Of a stretch of DNA of 64,000 nucleotides, positions 12,408 to 23,000 are shown piece by piece; positions within the stretch are counted from its first letter, which is position 1, and each line of letters begins with the position of its first letter. The stretch is from Lama glama (Eukaryota), in contig CM052817.1 in NCBI GenBank assembly GCA_028534125.1, positions 13,766,001-13,830,000 of the forward strand. The letters run 5' to 3'. Below the pieces are notes generated by a model that saw only the letters and a program-made list of their open reading frames with translations, did no database searches and was not told the DNA's origin. Made by a program: the position numbers and the translations under genes.

Positions 12408-12520
12408 ATTTACTTGATTCATATTTATTAAATGCCTATTATATGCCAGGCACCGATCTAAGAACTTGGGAAACAATTCTGAGCAAAGGCAAATATCTGT
12501 ATCCAGTTGAAGCTTATTAT
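12408..12520 (-). mobile_element. L2 3' end
   Basis: 'tcatatttattaaatgcctattatatgccaggcaccgatctaagaacttggga'. Confidence 0.75.
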
Positions 12521-12579
12521 TTCAAAATTATCTTTCTCTGTGTTGAGATTCAATAATTTATTTTTAATGTCTTGGTGGA

Positions 12580-13083
12580 CAGTAGCTATCTTGAAGCTTT
12601 ATGATCTCAGGACTTCTTTATACTCAAAAAATTTCAAGGACCACAAAGAACTTTTGTTTACGTAGGTTTTATCTATCAGCATTTACTGTATTAAACATTA
12701 AAACTGAAGATTTTTTTAAATGTTATTGATTAATTAATGAAAATAAAACTGAATCCATTACATGCCCTAAATAACATATTTTGTGAAAAAGAACTAAATT
12801 TTCTAAAACAAAGAAATAGTGAGAAGAGTGACATTGCTTTGTGTCTTTACAAATCCGTTTTCTGTCTGGTTTCATAGGTTAGCTGGATTTTCACATCTGC
12901 GTCTTTAATTTGTGGTATCAACAGCATGCAGTCTTTGGAAAACTCTGTATTTGAAAGTCAGAGAGCGAAAAGGCAAATAAGGTTTTAGTATTGTTACAAA
13001 AATATTTTTTACTTTCTGGACCACTAAGAGGGTCTCAGGGACCCCTGGAGTGCAGGTCAGGGCCTCCATTTTGAAAACTACTG
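12580..13083. mobile_element. MER119-like hAT-Charlie element
   Basis: Terminal inverted ends 'cagtagc...' and '...ttttgaaaactactg'. Internal 'aggaccacaaagaacttttgtttacgtagg' and 'agtgagaagagtgacattg' match MER119 as recalled. Confidence 0.75.
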
Positions 13084-13846
13084 GGATCGTGGGAAAAGCA
13101 CACATTTGGGAACCCTGAGTTCTAACCTGCGATCTTCAGAAGTTAGTTCACCTCTTATAGCCTCTGCTTCCTTCATCTGAAAACAACTGATTTGGATTAA
13201 ATTATGGCCAGAATCTTTTCCAACTGTGACATTCCCTGCTGTCTGCCCTCTCTGAGTTGCTCGTTAAATATTTTAATAGAAGGACATTTTCTTCTTCTTC
13301 GGCTTTCCCCCGATCCCTCTCTTTCTGGGCCTGGCGCTAACTGCACTAGGAGAAAGGAAGGGAGTCTGTGACATTCAGAGATGAAAAAGCTACAGACAGA
13401 CTCTTAGCAAAGTAAAGGCCAAGGTTATTCTATGACGTTGCCTTGACAGTGAGGCTGACTTAGTATTGACAACAGATATTTGGCTCCAGGATGGACTGGT
13501 AAGAGCAGCTTTTATTTACACTTTTATTTGTCCCCTCCCTCATCAGCATGATCTCATCCACATCATCTCAACCCCTTAGCACTGTTACCCTGGAAAACCC
13601 TGACGACTGACATTAGTCATTCAAGCCCAAGGCTTAAGGGAAGTGGTGAGGTTTGAGGTTTTGGGATAGTGAAGTAGGAAGTGGTTTCCAGATACCCAAG
13701 GCACCAAAGAATGGAGGCAAACAGGAGTCCCCAGGGAGGTCTGCCTGAAGGGAGAGGATGGGCTCCCAAGTCCCAAATGATGCTCCTGCTCCCACCTTTT
13801 GCTCCAGAGAAGCTCCCCTCCCCAACTCTTTGAAAGGTGAATAAAG

Positions 13847-14027
13847 CAGAGGTTCTTAAACTGTAATGTGTATCAGAGCCTCCAGAACTTGTTAAAACAG
13901 ATTTCTAGGCCCACCCCCAGAGCTTCTAATTCAACAGGTCTGGGGCGAGGCTGATAATTTGCATTTTCAACAAGTTCCCAGGTGATCATGTGGCCCAGTT
14001 GGCTCAGACCACACTTGAGAACCACTG
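13847..14027. mobile_element. MER5A
   Basis: TIRs 'cagaggttcttaaact' and 'acttgagaaccactg'; internal 'ggcccacccccagagcttctaattcaacaggtctggggcgagg'. Confidence 0.9.
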
Positions 14028-14709
14028 GAATACCATAAATTACAGGTGATTTGAAGCTAAAAGAGAATAACAAGGTTTTTGAATGCTAAATGTCTCTGCA
14101 ATCAGGTTACAAAACAACTACACTTTCCACTCCTCAACACAATGGTCTATTCCATGCTAACCTCTTATTAGGAAAGGTGAAGTAAGAGGTCACATCATTC
14201 TTCATATATTTTAGCACAGCTATTCTGAGGAGAGACTCCATAAGGGGCACACTAATCATAGCTTTTTTTTTGAAAACTTATTTGCTAGTTTACTTTTTCT
14301 TGATTTGAGGAAAGGGAGGGGTTCCCAGACAGATGGCAGAGGTTACATTACAGCTGACTCCTTCATTTGAACAATTCCCCTTCAGTTTTTAGGGTTGAGA
14401 TGTAAAGTATTAGGAGTGAAAATGGGACTTCAGTTCATGATTCTGACCCCTGAGGTTATAAATTCTCTGCAATCGTCTGGAGCAGACGAGCCTGGAACGT
14501 TTCCAATCTAGGTTTGGCTTCAGTTTTCCATGACCTTTTACGAAGTATAAACACAACATCAAAGACTCTAATGACTAAAATAAATGTGGTCTGCTGTGTT
14601 ATCCAAACGGTGATCTTTCTTTGGAAGCCCAGGACTGCAGTCAGCATTTCCTAGAGACCATCATGGCCAAGGAATCAGCTCCCACTGGCCTTGTAGGGCC
14701 AAAAGATGG

Positions 14710-14925
14710 GATGCTAATAAATCAGGTAAGTACTTGGTGTAGGACAAGGTGGTTTTGCACACAGTATCTCGTGTAATCCTGGTGATTCTCTGTTAAGAGC
14801 AGCACTACAAAGAAAACCCCTCCTGAACACACAGGGAAACTGAGTTTCTGAGGAATGAAAGCATTTGTCCCAGGGAGGACAGCTATGAAGTTCTGAGCTA
14901 TTGTATATCTGAATCCAAAGCCCAC
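14710..14925 (-). mobile_element. MIR SINE
   Basis: 'cacagggaaactgagtttctgaggaatgaaagcatttgtccca' and upstream MIR 3' text. Confidence 0.6.
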
Positions 14926-15289
14926 AGCCATTGGGAAACACAAAATTCAACACTGGGTCAAAGGATATGTATTAAGCACCAACTTTGTGCAAGAGGAAGA
15001 GAAGCTGGTTTAAAAAGTTCTGCCCTCCTGGTGCTTCCAATTTAGTGAAGAGGAATAAGCATATTTCTGGAAGGGATCAAGTCCACAGTCCCATCTCACA
15101 CAAGAGAAAACTGTGGTCCAGAGAAGCCAAATGGTTTCTTTATAGACACAAAGCACATAACAATGGTGTCCTGATGCCTTTAAATCAAAAGATACAGTTT
15201 TAAAAGTAGGCTTATTTCTTGCCAAGGCAAACCATCAAGGTGGAAAGAAGACTGGTCTCTAGGCTTTCCCATGAGCTCTCAGCCAAGGT

Positions 15290-16050
15290 CAAGCATGAAC
15301 ATCAAATCCAAAATCCTCACCTTGAGCTCAGAGGTACTTCATAGTCAGGCCCAGAACTGGTCTTTCTGTTCCCACATAGGCAAGCTTGTTTTCACCTCTG
15401 GGCCCTTGCACATGCTGCTCCCTCTACCTGGAATATTCTGCGCTCAGAGCTTCACAAGCCCAAGTCTTCCTCACCGTTCAGCTCTCGAGTCAAGAGGACA
15501 CCCTCCAAAAGGTCTTTCCTCCCCCTGGTATCTGCAAACATGGCTTCACCAACCTGTCCTGTCCCAGAAAAGGGCACTTTTTCTCTGCATCCTACTGTCA
15601 GAAAAAGGGTGTTCTCTGGTCTCAGCAGGATTTCCTCCATATTATTCTTCCAGTTCTCTGAGATTTCTCACTATACTTCTTGGGACCAACTCTCAAATAA
15701 GTCATTTGCCTCCAATTCTTTATCTCAAGGACTGCTTTTGCATCAACCCAAAAATAAAGTTATATTTCACCCTGTCACTCATGACTCTGTTTTTCACAGC
15801 ACTTTTCTATCTAAAATTATCTCATTCATAATTTGTTTACTTGTTTATCATCTGCACTGCCATCTTATCTGTCCCTCCACCCCATCCCCAACATTCTGCA
15901 CCCCACAGGTGCCCAGAGGAATGTAAACCCCATGGTGGCATGACTCTACCTGTTCTGTTCCCTGCAGTATTCCCAGAACTTAGAATATCATCCAGCAGAA
16001 AATAGATGCTCAACTTACATTTGTTGAAGAAATGAAATGAATAAATTAAG
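15290..16050 (+). mobile_element. L2a 3' region (interrupted)
   Basis: 'atcaaatccaaaatcctcacc', 'gggcccttgcacatgctgctccctctacctggaat', ending 'tagatgctcaacttacatttgttgaagaaatgaaatgaat'. Confidence 0.8.
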
Positions 16051-17264
16051 ATGCTGAATATCAGAAACTCTCCAACATGTCAATGTAGAGAACTCTTGGC
16101 TAGAATATTATACTCTTCAATTATGAAATCATCAGCATTCTCCTTTTGCTTTATTCCTATTTAGATGCCATTACTCTTCCATTTTTATAGCCTCCCCTTG
16201 ATCAATCACTTTTTGTTAAACGTGATGTCCCACATAAACAAAAGTTTACACAGGAATAAAAAAATCATTCCAGGCTTTTGGGGCCACGAAATTCATTGTA
16301 TGCTTAAATCTATATTTATAAGAGTATATTGAAGACAACCTACAACAGAAGTCTCTGTTCTCTTGGCTCCCGTCACATTTGCCTTGTATAGCCATCTACG
16401 TTTATTAAAAGAACTCCTGGTCTGTTTCTGTTTAACACTGACCTTTAAGTGCTTGATTTAATAAGCTGGGGAGTTAGAATAAATCATATTGGCTTGTTCA
16501 ATCATCTGTATTACAAAGAGCTGCAAGAAGCTAGAACAGCATAAAAACACAGGGAGTATCAACATCTGTCACAGAGATATGGAGGGAAAGTAGAGGAAAA
16601 CAAGCCCAGGCTTAGAGATGCTCACATAGAATGAAGAGAAAAGGAGCCTGGAGCTTTCAGCATCCACCCCCTCCCACCACCCGCACAACTGGAAAACTGT
16701 CAAAGCAAAAATCAACTTAGTACTTGTTCAGGAAGTAGCAATATTTCAGAATGTAACACAGGAGTTATACTTCTGTTAACAGTTCCTTAGATAAATAAAC
16801 ACCACTCAACAACAACAAAAGCACATTTGTAGCAGTTTTTTTTCACCCCTCTACTAAGCCATATAGGAGGCTCCTTGAATTGAGGATGAAGAATGCAGTT
16901 CCTGAGATGTCCCGCCTTCATAAGAGACTAAAGAGCACTCAATGTGGAGATTTTCCAACCCCTTCTCATACACAATGCCTAGAAGAGGACCCAGCATAAA
17001 GTAGATGCTCAGTAAATACTTCATTTAAAGATAGGAGGCACAATTCTTGGCATTTTTCTGGGATTCTCCCTAGTAACATACTGGAACCAGTGCATGCTTA
17101 CACACTGCGCATCTTTTGCTTATATTATGATCAACTAAGGGGCACATCAACAGGAGCTGTGTTTTTTTTTTTTAACATATCTAATTGTTTCCAAACAAAG
17201 AGAGAATATGCTATTTCTTGATATGTTTTGTGTTAAGAAGTGAATGTTATACAATAAATAAAAG

Positions 17265-17595
17265 ATCAGGGTTTGAAGTCAGTCACTTAAGTTCTAAGCT
17301 TCTTTTTCCTGACACACAAAATGGGCTATTAATGCTAATTACTTCATAGTAGTTCTTTCACTGGGGGATTAAATAAGGTTGTACTTGTTAAAAGCATACA
17401 TGCAATGCTTGGGAGAGAGTTCACACTCAATAAAGTATTTGTTATCCGTCCATTTTACAAATGAGAAAGGATTGGTTCAGAGAGATTAAACGACTGTCTC
17501 CAGGATTACCCCACTGGGAATTGATGAAACTGGGATTTCAGGAAACAGGGATTCAGGGCTCTCTGACCACAGAAACCATGGTCTTTCTCCACACT
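17265..17595. mobile_element. Two adjacent MIR fragments in opposite orientation
   Basis: Sense MIR ending 'cacactcaataaagtatttgttat' abuts antisense MIR 'ccattttacaaatgagaaagg...gttcagagagattaaacgact'. Confidence 0.65.
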
Positions 17596-18216
17596 CTACT
17601 GTTTCTTGGGTAGGGAGTATAATTCAAGTATAAACGCCACATATTCTTGCTCTGGCTTCACTCACACACAGCTGCTGCTAGCATCCAAAACCCCCACTTC
17701 CAAAGCAGTGAACGGCTGTTGTTGACCTTGGAAACAGCAGTGAATTTACAAAGTTCTCAGCATTGGGGAATGTTTCCTACCGCACCGTATGGAAAGACAC
17801 AGACCTGGCATTATTATAAATATAAACTATTAAGGAGCAGATTCTCTAAGCTTGCTATTTAAAATATGTTTGTTGGGCGTAAATTGATGTTCTTGGGACC
17901 AATGTGCCAAAAAAATGTGAGATAAGGAAACTGGTGTTGAAGCACAAATGCTAATTAAACCAGTGTGAATGTAAATGATGTTTTGTGCATTACTGACTTG
18001 GGGACTTTGTAACCACCACTCCCTACTTACCCTGAATTACATAAAATGCCAATGTTTTATTTATTTATTTCCCTTGTCAAAACATTTGACCAAGGAGGAA
18101 GCCTTGGATATCCTGCTCATTGACCTTCAGTTTTACAGTTTTTATTATTACTTCCTTCCTCCTACCACATGCGTAAACCATACTGAACAACCTGCAGTTC
18201 TGTAAATCCACTAAAC

Positions 18217-18391
18217 CAGTGATTCTCAATCATGTCCTTACATTTGAATCCCCTGGCAATATTGTAAAACTTATAGACACTTTGGCCTCACCTGTGCAAG
18301 ATTCTTAACAATTGGTCTGAGATGGACACCAGGCATATTTCTAAAAATTTTCTGGATAATTCTATTGCATAACTGGGCTTGAGAGTCACTG
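18217..18391. mobile_element. MER5-type MITE
   Basis: TIRs 'cagtgattctcaa' and 'ttgagagtcactg'. Confidence 0.8.
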
Positions 18392-18839
18392 CACTGTTTT
18401 TCTGCCACTGAACCACTGCACACGCTAAAATTCCTTTCTCTTCCTTTATCATCTGCCTAATTCCTAGCCATTCTTCAAAGTGCAATTCAGAAGCATCAGT
18501 TCCAAGAAGCTTCTCCACTGGGTAATTTGATCCTCCTCCTTTGTATTAAAAAATTGCTCTATGGTTCATCCTGATCCTTAATAGATTCCACCTTACTGTT
18601 AATTCCCTGAAGGTGAAGAGAGGGGATGGAAGTGGCTTGTTATTTGCACTATAGCGCCCAGGGCTGTCTGCACAGGAGCTGTATGTAAGTATGCTAAGGG
18701 GTGAATGAGTGATAATAGGGTTAGTAGAGTAGGAGTAATAGCTCTGGGGTTTTGTCCTGGTTCTGCTATTTACAGATTTGCAAAATAACTGATGTTATGT
18801 CACCTGTAAGTAGCTTAACAATACTACAGTGTAAAGTCG

Positions 18840-19418
18840 AACATCTGCGTATGTCATGACTCACTAGCGTCACCTCTCTATACATCCAACAGAAAGGCGT
18901 ATACATGCTCACCAGAATATGTAGCTGACTGTTCACAGCAGCACATTTTTTTAAAAGCCACAAATCAGAAGTGACCAAAGTGACCATCAATAATAGAAAA
19001 ATTAAATAGCATAGACAACAGAATAGAGACAATGATTATGGCCTAGTCACACACAGAACACCATGCAGCAAAAAGAACCCTATAAACACACGCAACAGCA
19101 ACGTGGATGAATGCTGGGAAGATAACTCTGGGCAGATGACGTCAACAACAAAAAGCACACCCTGTATATTTCACATTTACATGGAGAACCAAAAGCAAGA
19201 ATTCATCTCTGCTGTTAGAAATCAGGATGGTGGTGACCGCAGAGGGAGGGCATACTGACTGGAAGGAGCATGAGGGTGGTTTCGGGGAGGCTGGGTATGT
19301 TCCTGATCTAGTCAGTGGTTACACAAGTGTGTCCAGTTTGTAAAAATCCATCAAGATGTAAGTTTAGGACATGTGTATGTTTCTGAACATACATGACACT
19401 TTAATAAAAAAGTTAAAA
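18840..19418 (+). mobile_element. L1ME-like 3' fragment
   Basis: 'tgttcacagcagcacattt', 'atgctgggaagataact', 'ctgttagaaatcaggatggtggtgacc', 'gactggaaggagcatgaggg', ending 'actttaataaaaaagtt'. Confidence 0.85.
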
Positions 19419-19848
19419 GGTACTTTGGTATAAATGATATGATGTATACTTGTGTATAAAATAACTTCAATCTAAAGCTCAGGAACAATTAGTTCACATG
19501 AGAAAAACTACCTTCCAGATACAGTTTCTCGGACAGGGTCACTGGATTGTATGGTGTGCTGACTGGTATTGCCGTTGATTCTTGATTCAGAAAGCACGAA
19601 CTGGGAGAGAGCGCGCGAGAGAGGGAGGCATGCAGGGAATCTGGGTGAAATGAAGGACAGGATGTTGTGCTGTTCTGGTAGGCTTTCTCCGGTTCAAAAA
19701 TAGTTCAAAATAAATCATTTAAAATGTAAAGGGAAAGGACTATGTTACATATGCTTCAGGATCTTTCACATAAAATGTTTATCAAGGTGCATAAAAGGGC
19801 CAAGAGCAGGAGACTCACTGAGGGGGTAAGGACAGCTTGTGTCATCTA

Positions 19849-19960
19849 CATACCTTATGCCACTTGCTACTAGGTGTTTGGACATTTGGCAGAATTGGAT
19901 TTGCCACCGGCTTTTATAACCTAGAACCCAGCAAATCATCCGAGGCTTCCAATATTTATC
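19849..19960 (-). promoter_or_regulatory. Candidate TATA promoter with short first exon
   Basis: Minus strand reads TATAAAAG (19918-19911) and then AAG|GTATGT (donor after 19854). A FOX-like ATAAATATT lies upstream. Motif evidence only. Confidence 0.3.
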
Positions 19961-21982
19961 CAAATCTTTGTCGAATGGAGACACTGGATTAGGAGAAAGC
20001 TCTTTCCCTCCTTAGAGCCTTTGTTCCTCATCTGTGGAACAAGGGGCTCCACTAGACGACACCCTCAGTTTTTACGTGTGTTCTGGCTAATTATTAAAAG
20101 TGCCCTCTTTCTCTCTCAAAGGTGTGTTGGTTTGGAAAGTAAATTATATGGTCTCACTGCTCACTGCTCCCAAGGAATCTTCCAGCTTTAGCTTTCTAGA
20201 CCTCAAGAGCTCTGAAGATGTGTGCCTGGAGTCCACAGGCCAGCGCAGGTGAAGGGCAAAGGCCTATTTATGGGTGTGCAGCTGTGCAGCAGATACAACT
20301 GATAGGATGTTAGAATAAGGAGGTCTGGAAAATGTCAAAATAATCCTTTTTTTAGGGATGGGAATTCCTTAGTTGCCTCACTGGTAATTACATGATACTA
20401 AGTCTTCTCTCTTAGGGTGATGGCTGGGAGTGGGGCAGAGGAACAGGTAGTTAAGATATTCCTACTTTAAATGTCTCTAGCTTTTTCCTATTTATAGCAA
20501 AAGGTGCTCATTTCCTGGCATATACAAGTTGAATATTTTGAAAATGGTCTGGGTTTAACAATCATTGTCAACTTATTTAGCAATATATATTATCTTTTAT
20601 GTGCCCAGAACTAAAAAGGATCAAGGTAGATTAGTGAGGCAACTGGAAAACCAGTCCTTCTGCATCCTGTATTCTTAAGGACCCTCCGGGACTCTCATTT
20701 TCTCAAACTCATATTCCCCAGTGCACCACGGTGCCTCACCTGTTCTTGTCTTGTATTCTGTCTAGACTCCAAGATCAGACAACGCAACCATCCTTGCCCT
20801 GGAATCATCAACCACCTTGATCTTCCACCATCCTAATCTTTGCCACCGACCCAGTAAATCTTACTGCTCACTCTCTTCTGAACACTGAAAGTCTCAAGTA
20901 ATTAAGATAAAAATATTACAGTTTTTTTATTCTACCACAATCTCTTTTTATATGATCTCAGCTTAAATTCAGAGGACTTTATATCATTCTTTTTATTAAA
21001 CTGTATTTCATTTTCTATTCCCTACTCTCAAGCCACCAACCCTCAGAGAAACAAGCACACCTACACCAGAAAGCCAAGGCCTTTTGCTTTACTGAGCAGA
21101 CTGAGGCCATTCATTTCTGTTCCAATTTCAAGTCTCCCTGTGTCATTATTCATACCTTTCCACTTCCCTTCTGTATCAAAGGAAAAAAAGGGTCTTTTCT
21201 CTTTCCCAAGTTGCTGTGACACCAACTTGCTTCTGTGTGATTCTTTCTTAACTGCTTGCCTCCGACTCCATGTAATAATCTAGCCTGAGTCCACAAAATG
21301 AGACCAAAGTTGTTTGAGGTCCCCCTCCAAACCATCCGTTTCCAAAGTCAGTAACTTTTCTAAGTTCTCATTCCATCACCAAGGGGCCTTACAAACTGGA
21401 CGTCCTATTCTTAACATTTCTCTCGGCTTCTACTCACAGGTTCTTCCTTCTCTGTGTTCTTTGCTAGGTTCCAATTCTATCTTCTCCACTCCTGTTTTCT
21501 GAAAATGTACATCCCCCAAACGTATGTTCTCTGTCTACTCCTTCATCAGTGTGATCCCTTCCATTATTCTCAAAGATCCTTAACAGTCTTTCACACAAGG
21601 CTATACTATGGGTCAACGTAGAATACCATACAAACTCCATGAAGCACCCACAACCTCTGGCCTTGAACAGTGCTGGGCAATAAAGACAGAAACCACCATG
21701 ATGGAGAGAGAGTTCTTGACCCAGGCAGCTGGCCCCTGCTGGCAGCACCAGGAGGCAAAGCTGTAAGCAGGGGCTGATGCTTCCCTTGGCACCAGTGGGA
21801 CTATTCCATGGGATGGAGACCCAGGCCAGCAGCAACAACCTCATAAGCTGAGTTCAAGGAATCTCCAGGGTCTTTTAACAACAAACCACTCAAAGACTGG
21901 GGTCCTCAAGACAGTCTTGCAAAACAGACATTTTAGAAAAGATGGTCGGGTTCACCAGAGTTGCTCTTATAAAATATATCAT

Positions 21983-22001
21983 TGCTGCTCTCTGCTGGTC
22001 A
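21983..22001 (-). promoter_or_regulatory. CTCF-like motif
   Basis: Minus strand TGACCAGCAGAGAGCAGCA matches the CTCF core except for one normally invariant G. Confidence 0.35.
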
Positions 22002-22214
22002 AAAGCATTATTCTCTTCAATTAAGATTAGCAGAGACGTAGGATGGGTCAAAGAGGAAAGAAATAGTGCTTTCGAAATGATAGGGACTGCTGCTAGACAA
22101 CTGCGATTGTTAAAATGACTTCATAGGCTATGATACATATTCTTATGCAGAAAAACTTAATTTGAATGAGGATCTACTGGACCCCTAACTCAAGGATGTG
22201 CAATTAATCATCAC

Positions 22215-22510
22215 TTTCTTATTGTGGTAAGAACACTTAACATGAGATTTACCCTCTTGACAAATGTTGAAGTGTATGGTAGAGTATTGTTGACCACGGG
22301 CACAATATTGCACCGCAGATCTCTGGAACTTACTCATCTTGCATAACAAACTGCACATCCATTGAACAGCAACTCTCCACTTCTCCCTCCCCACAGAAGG
22401 GTTACCACCAGTCTATTCTCTGTTCCTATGAGTGTGGCTATTTTAGATTCCTCATATAAGAAGAATCGTGCAGTATTTGTCCTGTGACTGGCTAATTTCA
22501 CTAATCAATA
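22215..22510 (-). mobile_element. L1MA9-like 3' end
   Basis: 'ttattgtggtaagaacacttaacatgagatttaccctcttgacaaatg...gcagatctctggaacttactcatcttgcataac'. Confidence 0.9.
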
Positions 22511-22834
22511 CTTAACTTTTGTAGGCCTTTAATTAATAAAGCATATGGTCTGTATCACATATTTCAGCAAGCATTAGGCACCATTTTTTAGTGCCGAACT
22601 TTCTATTAGCTGTCATATTTGCATTACTGCAGGAAAATTGACAAGTCCTATTGAGAATTACTATATTGATACAGTGCAAAATACTAAAATGGTTTCTGAA
22701 TCCGAAGAGAAGGTTAAGTGTGGTTATATATAACTGTACATATTTTTAATTGAAAGCTTACTCTCCAAAGTGTACCAGTAGCTGTTCTAGATTATTCAGA
22801 GTATTTGCATGCTGTGAGTACTCCTAGAATTGCA

Positions 22835-23000
22835 CAGTGAGGACAAACTTGGGCTCAGAAGCCCTAATACAACAGGTTTTACTTGGGGTTCTGTCACCTA
22901 TTAGCCAAATTGCCTTGGGTCAATTACCGAATGTCACTGAGCTCCCCCTTCCTCTTTTGTCAAGTAGGGGAAGTAATTATACCCACCTCATAACGTGCTG
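22835..23000 (+). mobile_element. MIR SINE
   Basis: 'ccttgggtcaattaccgaatgtcactgagctccccc...gtcaagtaggggaagtaattatacccacctcata'. Confidence 0.7.

Noticed and set aside
15271..15926. 186-aa and 128-aa ORFs
   Set aside because: Overlap decayed L2 sequence; Ser/Leu/Pro-rich composition typical of chance ORFs; no domain recognised.
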